NCBI GenBank assembly: GCA_031409335.1
Contig: JANNWY010000068.1
Location: forward strand, 1-16,806
DNA from: Chthoniobacteraceae bacterium
Lineage (GTDB): Bacteria; Verrucomicrobiota; Verrucomicrobiia; Chthoniobacterales; Chthoniobacteraceae
Length of the DNA stretch: 16,806 nt
Reading direction: 5' to 3'
A program made the translations under genes and the position numbers. The notes beneath the pieces were generated by a model. That model was not told the origin of the DNA. It was given only the letters and a program-made list of their open reading frames with translations, and did not search any database. How positions within the stretch are numbered: position 1 is the first letter of the stretch; every line of letters starts with the position of its first letter. Positions 16,641 to 16,806 of the stretch are shown here, piece by piece.

Positions 16641-16660
16641 CAAAGGCACAACTCGCCAGC

Positions 16661-16806
16661 GGGGGCGGGTGTCATTAATTGTGGTGCATGCTTGGGATGG
16701 GTTGGTGAGGGGGCCAGAAGGCGTCCCAATGTTGGTTGGCGCGCAGGACGCGGAGTTGGGCGAGGGCGTCAGCGTTGGCCGGCAGCCAGGCGGTGCCGGC
16801 GCCTTT
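16661..16806 (-). mobile_element. 3' end of a probable ISKra4/ISLre2-type (Mutator-like DDE) insertion sequence; transposase tail at 16675-16806
   Basis: The minus strand reads KGAGTAWLPANADALAQLRVLRANQHWDAFW...*, resembling the K.AG..W....A..L..LR....N..W..FW C-terminus of these transposases. A candidate terminal repeat (gggcgggtgtcattaatt) overlaps the stop. Only 43 aa are visible. Confidence 0.65.

Noticed and set aside
9181..16660. Integron or CALIN cassette array
   Set aside because: I found no RYYYAAC...GTTRRRY attC pairs at gene boundaries. Genes are in mixed orientation with their own promoter-like boxes, and there is no integrase.

Overview
This is a GC-rich bacterial accessory region. 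The protein families present (Gloeo_Verruco-type repeats, DxDxDG..W..RVxV C-termini) suggest Verrucomicrobia or another PVC lineage, which is an inference. It holds three large intact secreted or surface protein genes. The first is a >1775-aa minus-strand gene missing from the ORF track, with LamG, 14 GloVer repeats, FN3-like modules and a trypsin-like protease. The second is a 992-aa TolB-like propeller/Ig/Calx-beta protein. The third is an 8-bladed propeller protein. Between and after these lie four small two-gene toxin-antitoxin-like modules (two intact PIN pairs, one pair with a decayed PIN, one HNH pair). They are interleaved with gene fragments: two copies of the same signal-peptide N-terminus, a DegT aminotransferase N-terminus and an orphan C-terminal half of a surface protein. 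The window ends in the 3' tail of a probable ISKra4/ISLre2-type transposase. Intergenic DNA carries several families of palindromic REP/REPIN-like elements. These include a 39-bp mini-palindrome found three times, each time inserted inside another palindrome and once inside a copy of itself, and a REP-like copy embedded in frame in a coding sequence. All family assignments come from motif recognition by eye; no database search was run.
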